Assembly (NCBI GenBank): GCA_964579005.1
Contig: CAZOFJ010000005.1
Coordinates: 2,859 to 66,858, forward strand
Length of the DNA: 64,000 nucleotides
Direction of reading: 5' to 3'
Source of the DNA: an uncultured Nitrospirota bacterium
Lineage (GTDB): Bacteria > Nitrospirota > Nitrospiria > SBBL01 > Manganitrophaceae
The position numbers and the translations under genes are program-made. The notes beneath the pieces were generated by a model that made no database searches, had not been told where the DNA came from, and saw only the letters and a list, made by a program, of their open reading frames with translations. Position 1 is the stretch's first letter; every line of letters begins with the position of its first letter. This document shows, piece after piece, positions 41,336 to 49,585 of this stretch.

Positions 41336-41414
41336 CCCGTTCGTGGTGAGCGTGTCGAACCATGAACGGAAACCATTGATAGGGTTCACCCTTCGACAGG
41401 CTCAGGGTGAACGG
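41336..41414. repeat. REP-like palindromic element (single copy in window)
   Basis: Two units with CCGTTC...GAACGG-type ends (..GTGAGCGTGTCGAACCATGAACGG.. and ..TTCACCCTTCGACAGGCTCAGGGTGAACGG). The sequence style is that of widespread intergenic REP families. Assignment is by resemblance only. Confidence 0.35.
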
Positions 41415-41495
41415 AAGAGGTAAAGAAGTGTTCGGTTCGCTCTATCATGTTTTCCTCAAGTCGATCGCCGCGTGGCTGTACTCGCTGTGCAGAGA

Positions 41496-41855
41496 TCAAC
41501 TCTCCATCATCTCCAGCCTGGCATCGAATTCATGTCCACACTGGGTACAACGGATGCAATCGCGCTCCACGGTCGGTTCATCGGAAGAAATGCACATACC
41601 GCCACAGTCATGACATCTTGTTAAATGGACCACCTGATCGTCCGAGGTTTCATGCCGGCTCTCTTGCAGGCAATACACCGGTTTATCGTCCAGTAACCAA
41701 GGCTGACCCGCATTATCCAGGGTGGGTAAGGCGAGATAGTGATGGATCGCATAATCTTCCTGCTCCTTTCGCGTGGCGAGTCCATCCTGAATCAGTTTGC
41801 CGGTTTTCACGTCATACAGGGCGTTCCCTTTCACGATTACTTTCGTGGGTCCCAT
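41496..41855 (-). CDS. Hypothetical protein with C-terminal zinc ribbon (119 aa)
   Basis: SD GGAGG. C-terminal CHDCGG...CIRCTQCGH. Confidence 0.55.
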   Translation of the reverse strand: MGPTKVIVKGNALYDVKTGKLIQDGLATRKEQEDYAIHHYLALPTLDNAGQPWLLDDKPVYCLQESRHETSDDQVVHLTRCHDCGGMCISSDEPTVERDCIRCTQCGHEFDARLEMMES

Positions 41856-41872
41856 CTTGCGCCTCCGGGTTA

Positions 41873-41890
41873 TTTGATGATGGTATCAAA
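41873..41890. promoter_or_regulatory. Palindrome TTTGAT-N6-ATCAAA
   Basis: TTTGATGATGGTATCAAA lies 18 nt upstream of the ATG at 41855. The half-sites are those of FNR boxes, but the spacer is 6 nt instead of 4. Confidence 0.35.
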
Positions 41891-41952
41891 CGTCATTCAG
41901 CGGGATATCAGTCCATGATGACACTCCCGTTGTCGAAACGCTTCGCCTCCCT

Positions 41953-42204
41953 TCAAGCCTTTTGGGTTTCCATGACCTTGCCCTTTACCCATTTCTTTCC
42001 ATGCTTAACAATCCTGCTCACCCTCTGTTTTGCCTGATGAGCGATATCTTCCAAATGCTCTCCTGCTTCATCCACAACCCCCCCCAGTCGCCTACGGGTT
42101 TCCCGCCCTGACCGCGGGGCCAGCAGCAACCCCGTTCCTAAGCCTAAGAGGAGTCCCATTAAGAATGGTATTGCGCCGAAGAAAAAACGTATTGGATTTC
42201 TCAT
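41953..42204 (-). CDS. YtxH-domain stress protein (83 aa)
   Basis: Start at ATG 42204 with SD GGAGGGAG. GLLLGLGTGLLLAPRSGRETRRRL is the YtxH signature. Confidence 0.7.
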   Translation of the reverse strand: MRNPIRFFFGAIPFLMGLLLGLGTGLLLAPRSGRETRRRLGGVVDEAGEHLEDIAHQAKQRVSRIVKHGKKWVKGKVMETQKA

Positions 42205-42548
42205 TTCTCCCTCCTTTCCCTCCGAGTACGAAGATAGGCCGACACTTTCAGCTACCTTGTATTTTATCTTGGGACAATCCAGGAAGAATGGGCAATGCCC
42301 CAAAGGGGGGGGTACGAAATAGGAATCATGGGAATGGGACCTTCCGGCTGCATCATGACCGGACCGGCAACAGATTAAAACGGTTTCGATCGGCGAACGT
42401 TGTCGCAACCGATTGTGGAATGGGCATCTAAGTTATTTTGTCACGGGCCCTTGGGTGCCGAGGTGTTTCTTTAGCGCCGCGTTCTCGGTAATTTTGGGAT
42501 TGCTTCCGCCAAACTCTTTTGCCTTCTGGCTCCCGCGATTGGGATCGT

Positions 42549-42740
42549 CTAAGTCCCGATTGGTTTTTCAACCGGATGGGATGGTTCTATCGCGATGGGA
42601 ACCGTAGGTTGTCCTGATTCTCTTTTCTTAAAAAGCGATCCGATTTTCAGGACGAGCAGTCGGAGAAAGAAAAAGGCGAGAACCCACACCGGCCAGAGGA
42701 TGACCAGGAAGATCAAGAGATAGTGAAAAATATCTTTCAT
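42549..42740 (-). CDS. Small membrane protein (63 aa), paralog of 39058..39204
   Basis: See 39058..39204. One TM helix plus a basic tail. Confidence 0.55.
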   Translation of the reverse strand: MKDIFHYLLIFLVILWPVWVLAFFFLRLLVLKIGSLFKKRESGQPTVPIAIEPSHPVEKPIGT

Positions 42741-42828
42741 TGTCAGAGTGACCTTGAAATATCATTATCGTATATTTTGTGAGCCCCGTTCCATCTGAGG
42801 CGGTTTTCTACTCTCTTCTCACAATGAC

Positions 42829-42871
42829 ATTATGGTGCTTCGAGGGCGGATTGTCTGATCAAAATTGCTCA
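42829..42871 (-). promoter_or_regulatory. Conserved activator-site + -10 module, copy b
   Basis: On the minus strand: TGAGCAATTTTGATCAGA (42871-42854), 19 nt, CATAAT (42834-42829). Confidence 0.55.
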
Positions 42872-42929
42872 ATTTGGAAGAATCATTAAAGGTTGGAGAA
42901 ATAATCGTGTGGCAAAATGAAAGGGGAAC

Positions 42930-43619
42930 TTAATCGTGCAGAACGATATTCAGGAGGGAGCTATGGACGCGCAGACCCCCGACGTTGTCGATGAAGCCGA
43001 GCTTTTTAAATTTGTTCATGAAGAAGCCAACTTTGGAACGGGTGGTTCCGATCTTATCGGCGAGCGTCTCCTGGCTGATCTTGGGCAGGATGATCTCGGT
43101 CTTGCTTCCTTTCCCAAAGTGGGCCAGCAGAAGAAGCACTCGGGCCAGTCGCTTTTCGCTTGAATTAAAGAGCTGATCGACCAGATCCTCTTCGATCCGG
43201 ATATTGCGAGAAAGCAGATAGGAGATAAACAGCTCCGAAAAAGTCGGCTCTTCATGAAGCACGCGGACCATGGTCGCTTTTTCGATTCGAATGACTCTGG
43301 ACTCTGTCATAGAAGTCGCGGTCGCGATGCGAACTCGCTGCGCAGTCAGGCAGGATTCACCAAAAAAATGAGAACGTCCCAGAACACCGACGAGCGCTTC
43401 TTTGCCTCTTGGTGAGACCACGATCAGCTTGACCTTCCCCTCCAAGATATAGAACACGGCATCGGAGGCGTCCCCTTGTGAAAAAAGGATTTGATTCTTC
43501 TTGACCCTCAGGATCATTTTTCCGCTGTCGACGACGGTAAGGAGGGTCTTAGTGTCGAAAAGGGGGACCCGTTTGTTCACTCTTTTGCGTGTCATTGATA
43601 CAACTTTCTCCTGTTGCAT
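42930..43619 (-). CDS. Crp/Fnr-family transcriptional regulator
   Basis: cNMP-binding beta-barrel (FSQGDASDAVFYILEGKVKL...FFGE) plus C-terminal HTH (ETLADKIGTTRSKVGFFMNKFKKLGFI). By comparison with the paralog, ATG 43595 is an alternative start. Confidence 0.88.
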   Translation of the reverse strand: MQQEKVVSMTRKRVNKRVPLFDTKTLLTVVDSGKMILRVKKNQILFSQGDASDAVFYILEGKVKLIVVSPRGKEALVGVLGRSHFFGESCLTAQRVRIATATSMTESRVIRIEKATMVRVLHEEPTFSELFISYLLSRNIRIEEDLVDQLFNSSEKRLARVLLLLAHFGKGSKTEIILPKISQETLADKIGTTRSKVGFFMNKFKKLGFIDNVGGLRVHSSLLNIVLHD

Positions 43620-43655
43620 TTTTTTTGCCTTGAGCGGTTGCCTTACAGTAACAAT

Positions 43656-43698
43656 ATTATGCCAGTAAGAAAGTTTGGAGTCTGGTCAAAACTGCTCA
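43656..43698 (-). promoter_or_regulatory. Conserved activator-site + -10 module, copy c (upstream of a crp/fnr gene)
   Basis: On the minus strand: TGAGCAGTTTTGACCAGA (43698-43681), 19 nt, CATAAT (43661-43656). Confidence 0.5.
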
Positions 43699-43724
43699 GT
43701 GTCTCTGGGCGGCCGCAGCCGTGA

Positions 43725-43933
43725 GAGTTTGTGATTAAATCCCAACGCGAAGCGAGGGCGTCATTGGGTGTGGCTGGCAAGGCGCGGGGGTGCACAAGAT
43801 CTGGGAGTGTAGCAGCGTTTACATGACCAGATCTTGGGGGCCCCGCAACGCAGCCAGGCGCGCTCAAGGGCGGCCGCAGCCGCGAGGGGATTTAATCACA
43901 AGCTCTGAGGGGATTTAATCACAAACTCTGAGG
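43725..43933 (-). repeat. MITE-like element, copy 2, with duplicated right end
   Basis: GAGTTTGTGATTAAATCCC (43725-43743) ... GGGATTTAATCACAAGCTC (43887-43905). The end is then repeated as GGATTTAATCACAAACTCTGAGG (43911-43933). The interior is more than 90 percent identical by eye to the reverse complement of copy 1. Direct TGA flanks the element. Confidence 0.8.
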
Positions 43934-43937
43934 AAAA

Positions 43938-44591
43938 CTAATCGTGCAGGACGATATTCAGAAGGGAACTGTGGACGCGCAATTCACCGTTGTACTCGAT
44001 CAGGCCGAGCTTCTTGAACTTGTTTAAAAAGAAGCTGACCCTGGATCGGGTGGTGCCGACCATCTCCGCCAGCGTCTCCTGGCTCATCTTCGGGATGACA
44101 AGTTCCGTTTTGCCTTCTTTTCCAAAGTGAGCCAGGAGAAGAAGCACCCGAGCGAGTCGTTTCTCGCTTGAATTAAAAAGTTGATCGACCAGATCTTCTT
44201 CGATTCGGATGTTGCGGGAGAGCAGATAAGCCATGAATAGCTCCGAGAAACTGGGCTCTTCATGGAGCACGCGGATCATTACACTTTTTTCAATCCGGAC
44301 GATCGTGGAGTCTTCCATCGTGACCGCACTGGCCATTCGGACGAGTTGTCCTCCAAGACAACCTTCCCCAAAGAAATCGGTGGAGCCCAGAACTGCCACG
44401 ACCGCTTCTTTGCCTTTTGTGGAAACCACGGAGAGCTTGGCCTTGCCGGTCTGTATATAGAACACGGCATCCGCCGCATCCCCTTGCGAGAAGATATTTT
44501 GTTTCTTTGGGAGTTTCAGAATTGTTTTTCCGCTGCCGACGATGGTGAGGAAATTCCCGACATCGAAAGGAAGAGGCCGTTTACGTGTCAT
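43938..44591 (-). CDS. Crp/Fnr-family transcriptional regulator, tandem paralog
   Basis: Same domain pattern as 42930..43619. The C-terminal halves are nearly identical (NIRIEEDLVDQLFNSSEKRLARVLLLLAHFGK). Confidence 0.88.
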   Translation of the reverse strand: MTRKRPLPFDVGNFLTIVGSGKTILKLPKKQNIFSQGDAADAVFYIQTGKAKLSVVSTKGKEAVVAVLGSTDFFGEGCLGGQLVRMASAVTMEDSTIVRIEKSVMIRVLHEEPSFSELFMAYLLSRNIRIEEDLVDQLFNSSEKRLARVLLLLAHFGKEGKTELVIPKMSQETLAEMVGTTRSRVSFFLNKFKKLGLIEYNGELRVHSSLLNIVLHD

Positions 44592-44798
44592 CGGGTTCTA
44601 CCCTATAAAAGGAGTGTGGTCTTCATGTTGGGGCATTATCGCACTTTCCAGCCATATTTGGAAGGCATCGATTCGAGTTCCCTATTGCTCTTGTTCTGCA
44701 TTGCGAGTAAACTCCAAACAGGTCCAGCAAACAAAATCGAGATGTCATCGTCCTCTTGATTGTTCCAGATCGTTCCCCCTTTTTGAGAGGAGATGACC

Positions 44799-44969
44799 AT
44801 GATTGTGATCACCCACAAAATTTGCAGTGGACCGGCTCTCGAGACCAACTCCCTCGAAGCCGAAACCTGCGCCATCCTGGCAGAGGATTTTCCCTTTACC
44901 TGCTTTACCTGCCTGGATGATATCCTCGAACAGACGGAGTTGCGGGTTTCCGAGGAAGTCAGGATGTAA
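44799..44969 (+). CDS. Small Cys-containing protein (56 aa), hypothetical
   Basis: Below the ORF-track cutoff. GAGAGGAG lies 6-7 nt before the ATG at 44799. Contains CxxC (CFTC) plus two further Cys. Confidence 0.3.
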   Translation: MIVITHKICSGPALETNSLEAETCAILAEDFPFTCFTCLDDILEQTELRVSEEVRM

Positions 44970-45004
44970 GTCGAGATCCAATCAAACCATCAGGAGCGAA
45001 AACG

Positions 45005-45118
45005 ATGAGCAAGGGCAAGGACGCGAAGAAACAAGAGAAGAAAAAACCGGCCAAAACCATGAAAGAAAAAAAAGCCGCAAAAAAGGCTGCGAAAGAGACA
45101 CGGGGTTCCATCAGGTAA
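45005..45118 (+). CDS. Lys-rich 37-aa peptide, hypothetical
   Basis: Below the ORF-track cutoff. AGGAG lies 9 nt before the ATG at 45005. Sequence MSKGKDAKKQEKKKPAKTMKEKKAAKKAAKETRGSIR. Confidence 0.3.
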   Translation: MSKGKDAKKQEKKKPAKTMKEKKAAKKAAKETRGSIR

Positions 45119-45163
45119 AACGGTTGAAGTGATTGAGCCTTCGATCCAAACGAAGGTGAGGGT

Positions 45164-45412
45164 ATGGACCAAGAAGAAGCAAAACAAGTGATTCTCAATT
45201 TTTATCAAGAAATCGGCGGGAACCAAGACGAACTTCTCTTTGCGTCTGATTGGTTTGACGGCGCTTCTTATAAAGTGACCCGGAAGGGATATGGTTATAA
45301 AGAAATACGCAGAACGTACATGGATGATTATCTTGATTCCAAAGACGAATCTGCAGAAGACTTTATAAAAGGAAAATTAGAGAAACTGTTAGAGATGTCG
45401 TTCACTGCGTAG
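45164..45412 (+). CDS. Hypothetical acidic protein (82 aa)
   Basis: ORF with a GAGGG SD. No recognisable motif. Confidence 0.45.
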   Translation: MDQEEAKQVILNFYQEIGGNQDELLFASDWFDGASYKVTRKGYGYKEIRRTYMDDYLDSKDESAEDFIKGKLEKLLEMSFTA

Positions 45413-45475
45413 GGACAACGGTCATCCACGACCCAGTAACAGCGTAACAGCATAAAGAATTCCAAGGACCGCCCG

Positions 45476-45952
45476 GTGAGGGTTCGTTCACAACCTCGGA
45501 AATTTGCCCGGTGGATTGCCACCGGCTTCGGAATCGGTTATGTTCCGATCTTTCCGGGGACGGCCGCCAGCTTTTTCGCCCTTCTTCTCTTCCTCTTTTT
45601 CCGCCAGCTTTCCCCAATTTCTTACGGACTACTCCTTTTTTTTGCTGTTTTTGGAGGGGTTTTTGTAGCCGATCGATCGGAATCTTTTTTTGGAAAAAAA
45701 GACCCGGGAGCGATTGTGATCGATGAGATTGCCGCCGTGTTGCTGGTTTTGCCGTTTGTTCCCGCTTCTTTTGGTTGGTGGATCGCCGGAGTCGTCCTGT
45801 TTCGTTTTTTTGATATCGTAAAGCCCCCGCCGGTCCGTCTTTTCGAGCGTCTTCCCGGGGGATGGGGGGTGATGGCCGACGATCTGGCGGCGGGAGGATA
45901 CACGCTTTTTTGCCTTTGGGTGGTTCAAATCATCTTTCAGAAGTTTGGATAA
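45476..45952 (+). CDS. pgpA: Phosphatidylglycerophosphatase A
   Basis: IATGFGIGYVPIFPGTAAS ... IVIDEIA ... FRFFDIVKPPPV match PgpA. GTG start. Confidence 0.85.
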   Translation: MRVRSQPRKFARWIATGFGIGYVPIFPGTAASFFALLLFLFFRQLSPISYGLLLFFAVFGGVFVADRSESFFGKKDPGAIVIDEIAAVLLVLPFVPASFGWWIAGVVLFRFFDIVKPPPVRLFERLPGGWGVMADDLAAGGYTLFCLWVVQIIFQKFG

Positions 45953-45964
45953 GAGGGAGCAGAA

Positions 45965-46513
45965 ATGGACCGCCAGAGTGATCCGCTTTCTGAAAATGAC
46001 CGAAGGGACCCAGTATTGGAGGAGGTTGTTGGAAAACTCCTCTGGGAGAAGAAAAAACGGCTCGCCATCGCGGAGTCATGCACCGGCGGTCGGATTGCCG
46101 CGCGCATCACCCGTATTCCGGGGAGCTCGCGTTATTTCGATGCGGCCTGTGTCGCCTATAGCAATCGCTCCAAGGAGGAATTTCTCGGCGTTCCAAAAAA
46201 GCTTCTGATCGAGTGGGGGGCGGTGAGCGCCGAAGTGGCGATGGCAATGGCGGAGGGGATTCAAAAACGGACTGGAGCCGATCTTGGGCTGGGGGTGACC
46301 GGGATTGCCGGTCCCGAAGGGGGCACCCCGGAAAAACCGGTCGGCCTGGTCTATATCGGTTTTTCGGATGGGAAGGAAGCCACCGTGGAACGGCATCTCT
46401 TTGAGGGGGATCGGGAGGCCGTTCAGACCCAGGCGGCGGAGAGGGCGTTGGAGCGGATCAGGAATTATTTGGTGATCAGAAAGCCTTCAAAAAAAAGAGA
46501 GAAAATGGTATAA
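45965..46513 (+). CDS. pncC: CinA C-terminal-domain protein / nicotinamide-nucleotide amidohydrolase
   Basis: LAIAESCTGGRIAARIT.IPGSSRYF...VAYSN..K...LGV....L...GAVSAEVA.AMA.G pattern. Confidence 0.8.
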   Translation: MDRQSDPLSENDRRDPVLEEVVGKLLWEKKKRLAIAESCTGGRIAARITRIPGSSRYFDAACVAYSNRSKEEFLGVPKKLLIEWGAVSAEVAMAMAEGIQKRTGADLGLGVTGIAGPEGGTPEKPVGLVYIGFSDGKEATVERHLFEGDREAVQTQAAERALERIRNYLVIRKPSKKREKMV

Positions 46514-46537
46514 AAGGGGATCTTTCTTGCGAAGGGC

Positions 46538-47104
46538 ATGATGAAAGTCCGTCTGTTTATCGCCTTGCCGATCTCGGACGAGATCCAAAAACAATGTGAG
46601 GTGTTGCAAGAGATCGGTCGGCAGATGAGTGCTCCGGTTCGCTGGGTTGCTCCACGGCAGATCCATCTGACCCTTTTCTTCTTGGGATCGACCGACACGG
46701 CGCTTCAGTCGATGATTGAGGCGGAAATGCGGGAGGCGGCGCATCAGTCGGCCCCCTTTTCGGTCGAAGTGACCGGTTTGGGCGTCTTCCCCCATCTTTC
46801 CGCGCCCAAGGTCATCTGGGTTGGCCTTTCAAGCGAACCGATGTTGCTGACGCTTCAAAAAAACATCTCAATGAGAATGGCAAAGATCGGTTTCCCTCCG
46901 GAAGAACGTCCATATCGACCCCATTTGACCTTGGGGCGGGTGAAAGGGGTTCCCTCGGATACTTTTTCCCGCTGGATCACCGAAGGGCGCGCCCTTCGGA
47001 TTGGACAATGTGCCATGAAGGTTGTTTCTTTGGTGGAAAGTTGCAGGAGTTCCGAGGGGTCGGTTTATATTTCCCGATTTTCCTCGCCGTTAGGGGGTGC
47101 CTGA
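46538..47104 (+). CDS. thpR: RNA 2',3'-cyclic phosphodiesterase (2H family, LigT/ThpR)
   Basis: Two HxT motifs (HLTLFFLG and HLTLGR) at the expected spacing. Confidence 0.85.
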   Translation: MMKVRLFIALPISDEIQKQCEVLQEIGRQMSAPVRWVAPRQIHLTLFFLGSTDTALQSMIEAEMREAAHQSAPFSVEVTGLGVFPHLSAPKVIWVGLSSEPMLLTLQKNISMRMAKIGFPPEERPYRPHLTLGRVKGVPSDTFSRWITEGRALRIGQCAMKVVSLVESCRSSEGSVYISRFSSPLGGA

Positions 47105-47179
47105 GAGAGCGTGACCGGAGGGTCGGAAAGCGTGTCGGAGTTGCGATGGTGCGATTGCACGAAACAATAAGGAGAATCT

Positions 47180-48259
47180 ATGGCGGAACGTGAAGTAAAA
47201 GAAAGAGATGCCCACCGGGAAAAAGCCCTCGAATTGGCCATTTCCCAGATCGAAAAGCAGTTTGGGAAGGGGGCGATCATGAAGCTGGGGACCGGAGAGG
47301 CGGGAACGAGTATCCCGGTGATCTCGAGTGGATCGTTGGGGCTCGACATCGCCCTCGGGGTCGGGGGGATTCCTCGCGGCCGGGTCATCGAGGTTTTCGG
47401 GCCGGAATCGTCCGGCAAGACGACCCTTTGTCTCCACGCCATCGCCGAAGCGCAAAAAGCGGGGGGGGCGGCGGCGTTCATCGACGCGGAGCATGCCCTT
47501 GACATTCACTACGCCGGACGCCTCGGGGTAAAGATCGACGATCTCTTGGTCTCCCAACCGGACACCGGGGAGCAGGCGCTTGAGATCGCCGAGACCCTCG
47601 TCCGAAGCGGGGCGATCGATATCATCGTGGTTGATTCGGTGGCGGCCCTCGTTCCCCGCGCCGAAATCGAAGGAGAAATGGGAGATTCCCACATGGGATT
47701 GCAGGCGAGGCTGATGTCGCAGGCGCTTCGGAAGTTGACGGCGGCGATTTCCAAATCCCATACCTGCGTCGTCTTCATCAACCAGATCCGGATGAAAATC
47801 GGGGTGATGTTCGGGAATCCGGAGACGACCACCGGCGGTAACGCACTGAAGTTCTACTCTTCCGTCCGGCTCGACATCCGGCGGGTGGAAGCGATCAAGG
47901 AAGGGCAGGATGTCGTCGGAAACCGCGTCCGTGTGAAGGTGGTGAAGAATAAGGTCGCCCCTCCGTTTAAACAGGCCGAGTTTGACGTTCTCTTCAATGT
48001 CGGAATTTCAAAATGGGGGGAGATTCTCGATCTCGGCGTCGAAAAGAAGATCGTTGAGAAGAGCGGGGCCTGGTATTCTTACAAGGGGGAGCGGATCGGA
48101 CAGGGACGGGACCAATCGATCGCTTACTTGAAGGAAAACCCGGTGATTGCCTCGACCATCGAGCAGGCGATCCGGGAAGAGGGGGGACTTCCGGCGCCGG
48201 CAAAGAAAGAGGCGGCGGCCACCCCTTCTCCGGTGGGGGAGCGGGGGAAGCGCTCCTGA
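47180..48259 (+). CDS. recA: Recombinase RecA
   Basis: [23 protein letters not shown], Walker [10 protein letters not shown], and the IDAEHALD and [28 protein letters not shown] motifs. Confidence 0.98.
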   Translation: MAEREVKERDAHREKALELAISQIEKQFGKGAIMKLGTGEAGTSIPVISSGSLGLDIALGVGGIPRGRVIEVFGPESSGKTTLCLHAIAEAQKAGGAAAFIDAEHALDIHYAGRLGVKIDDLLVSQPDTGEQALEIAETLVRSGAIDIIVVDSVAALVPRAEIEGEMGDSHMGLQARLMSQALRKLTAAISKSHTCVVFINQIRMKIGVMFGNPETTTGGNALKFYSSVRLDIRRVEAIKEGQDVVGNRVRVKVVKNKVAPPFKQAEFDVLFNVGISKWGEILDLGVEKKIVEKSGAWYSYKGERIGQGRDQSIAYLKENPVIASTIEQAIREEGGLPAPAKKEAAATPSPVGERGKRS

Positions 48260-48352
48260 CCAGCGAACGAAGAGAGCGTTGAGGGGGAGGCTCCACCCGC
48301 CTTCGCCGGTGGAGGGGGCGACGCAAGCCCCCGCTTTCCGGCGGAGCCGGAT
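48260..48352 (-). repeat. REP-like structured element, copy B (inverted relative to copy A)
   Basis: Starts at the first base after the recA stop codon. See 12807..12900. Confidence 0.75.
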
Positions 48353-48442
48353 GAGATACTTATTGAGGATGATCCCGAATCGTGAGATTGAGATGGTAAA
48401 ATAGAAGGGATCCGGTTTTGCCATCCATCATGAGGAGGAGAG

Positions 48443-49585
48443 ATGAAGATCGATGAGTTGTTGAAGGCGGCAATGGATAGGGGATCGTCCGATCTCCACC
48501 TCAAGGTCGGCGTTCAGCCGATGTCGAGGGTCCATGGGGCCCTGATGCCGTTGGAAAAGTTTCCGAAATTAACCCAGGAGGAAGCGATCCATCTCGCCTT
48601 CTCCGTCATGAATCCGACCCAGAAGGAGCGATTCAAGGAGCGCTGCGAACTCGACTTCGGCTATGGCGCCGCCGGCTTGGGGAGGTTTCGGGTCAATGTC
48701 TTTCAGCAGCGCGGAACGATCGGCATGGTCCTTCGGGTGATCCCAACGAAGATCCTCTCGGTTCAAGATCTTCTCCTTCCGCCGGTCATCGAGAAGATCG
48801 CCTCCGAGCATCGCGGGTTGATTCTGGTTACCGGAACAACCGGGAGCGGAAAGTCGACCACCTTGGCCTCCATTGTCGATTACATCAACCAGACCCGGAT
48901 GGTCAACATCATTACGATCGAAGATCCGATCGAGTTTCTCCACCGGGACAAGCGGGGGATCGTCAGTCAGCGGGAAATCGGACATGATACCGAATCGTTC
49001 AGCGTTGCCCTCCGATCTTCCCTGCGGCAGGACCCCGATGTCATCTTGGTTGGGGAGATGCGCGATTTCGAAACGATCTCCACCGCGATCGTGGCGGCCG
49101 AGACGGGGCATCTGGTTTTAAGCACCCTCCATACCCTCGATGCGGTGGAGACGATCAACCGGATCATCTCGGTTTTTCCGCCGTATCAACAAAAACAGGT
49201 CCGGTTGCAGTTGGCTTCAATCATCCGCGGGGTGATCTCGATGCGGTTGGTCCCTCGGGCCGATGGACGGGGCCGGGTTCCGGCGGTCGAAGTGATGGTC
49301 GCCACGCAGACGATCCGGGAGGCGATCATCGATCCGGACAAAACCCGGCGCATCCATGACATCATCGCTTCCGGGACCTCGCAATATGGGATGCAAACGT
49401 TCGATCAATCGTTGTACAATCTTTATAAACAGCAATTGATTTCGTACGAAGAAGCGCTGAAGTGGACGAGTAATCCGGAGGACTTTGCCCTGAAGGTCAA
49501 AGGGATTCAATCGACCAGTGAAAGCTGGGATGAGTCGAACGAACGGAGCGAAGGGGATGAGAAACTCCAGGTCGACCGGTTTTAG
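48443..49585 (+). CDS. pilT: Type IV pilus retraction ATPase PilT
   Basis: Walker A GTTGSGKSTTLA, Asp box, Walker B ILVGEMRD, His box HLVLSTLHT, PilT-type AIRNLIRE-like segment TIREAIID. Confidence 0.9.
   Translation: MKIDELLKAAMDRGSSDLHLKVGVQPMSRVHGALMPLEKFPKLTQEEAIHLAFSVMNPTQKERFKERCELDFGYGAAGLGRFRVNVFQQRGTIGMVLRVIPTKILSVQDLLLPPVIEKIASEHRGLILVTGTTGSGKSTTLASIVDYINQTRMVNIITIEDPIEFLHRDKRGIVSQREIGHDTESFSVALRSSLRQDPDVILVGEMRDFETISTAIVAAETGHLVLSTLHTLDAVETINRIISVFPPYQQKQVRLQLASIIRGVISMRLVPRADGRGRVPAVEVMVATQTIREAIIDPDKTRRIHDIIASGTSQYGMQTFDQSLYNLYKQQLISYEEALKWTSNPEDFALKVKGIQSTSESWDESNERSEGDEKLQVDRF

Noticed and set aside
44600-44760. I searched for a fourth copy of the TGA.CAA-N2-TTG.TCA site, at the same distance from a -10 box, upstream of the second crp/fnr gene (43938..44591).
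   Set aside because: A CATTAT-like hexamer exists (44634-44639 on the plus strand). The sequence 19 nt beyond it (about 44660-44677) does not resemble the site, so no claim is made.
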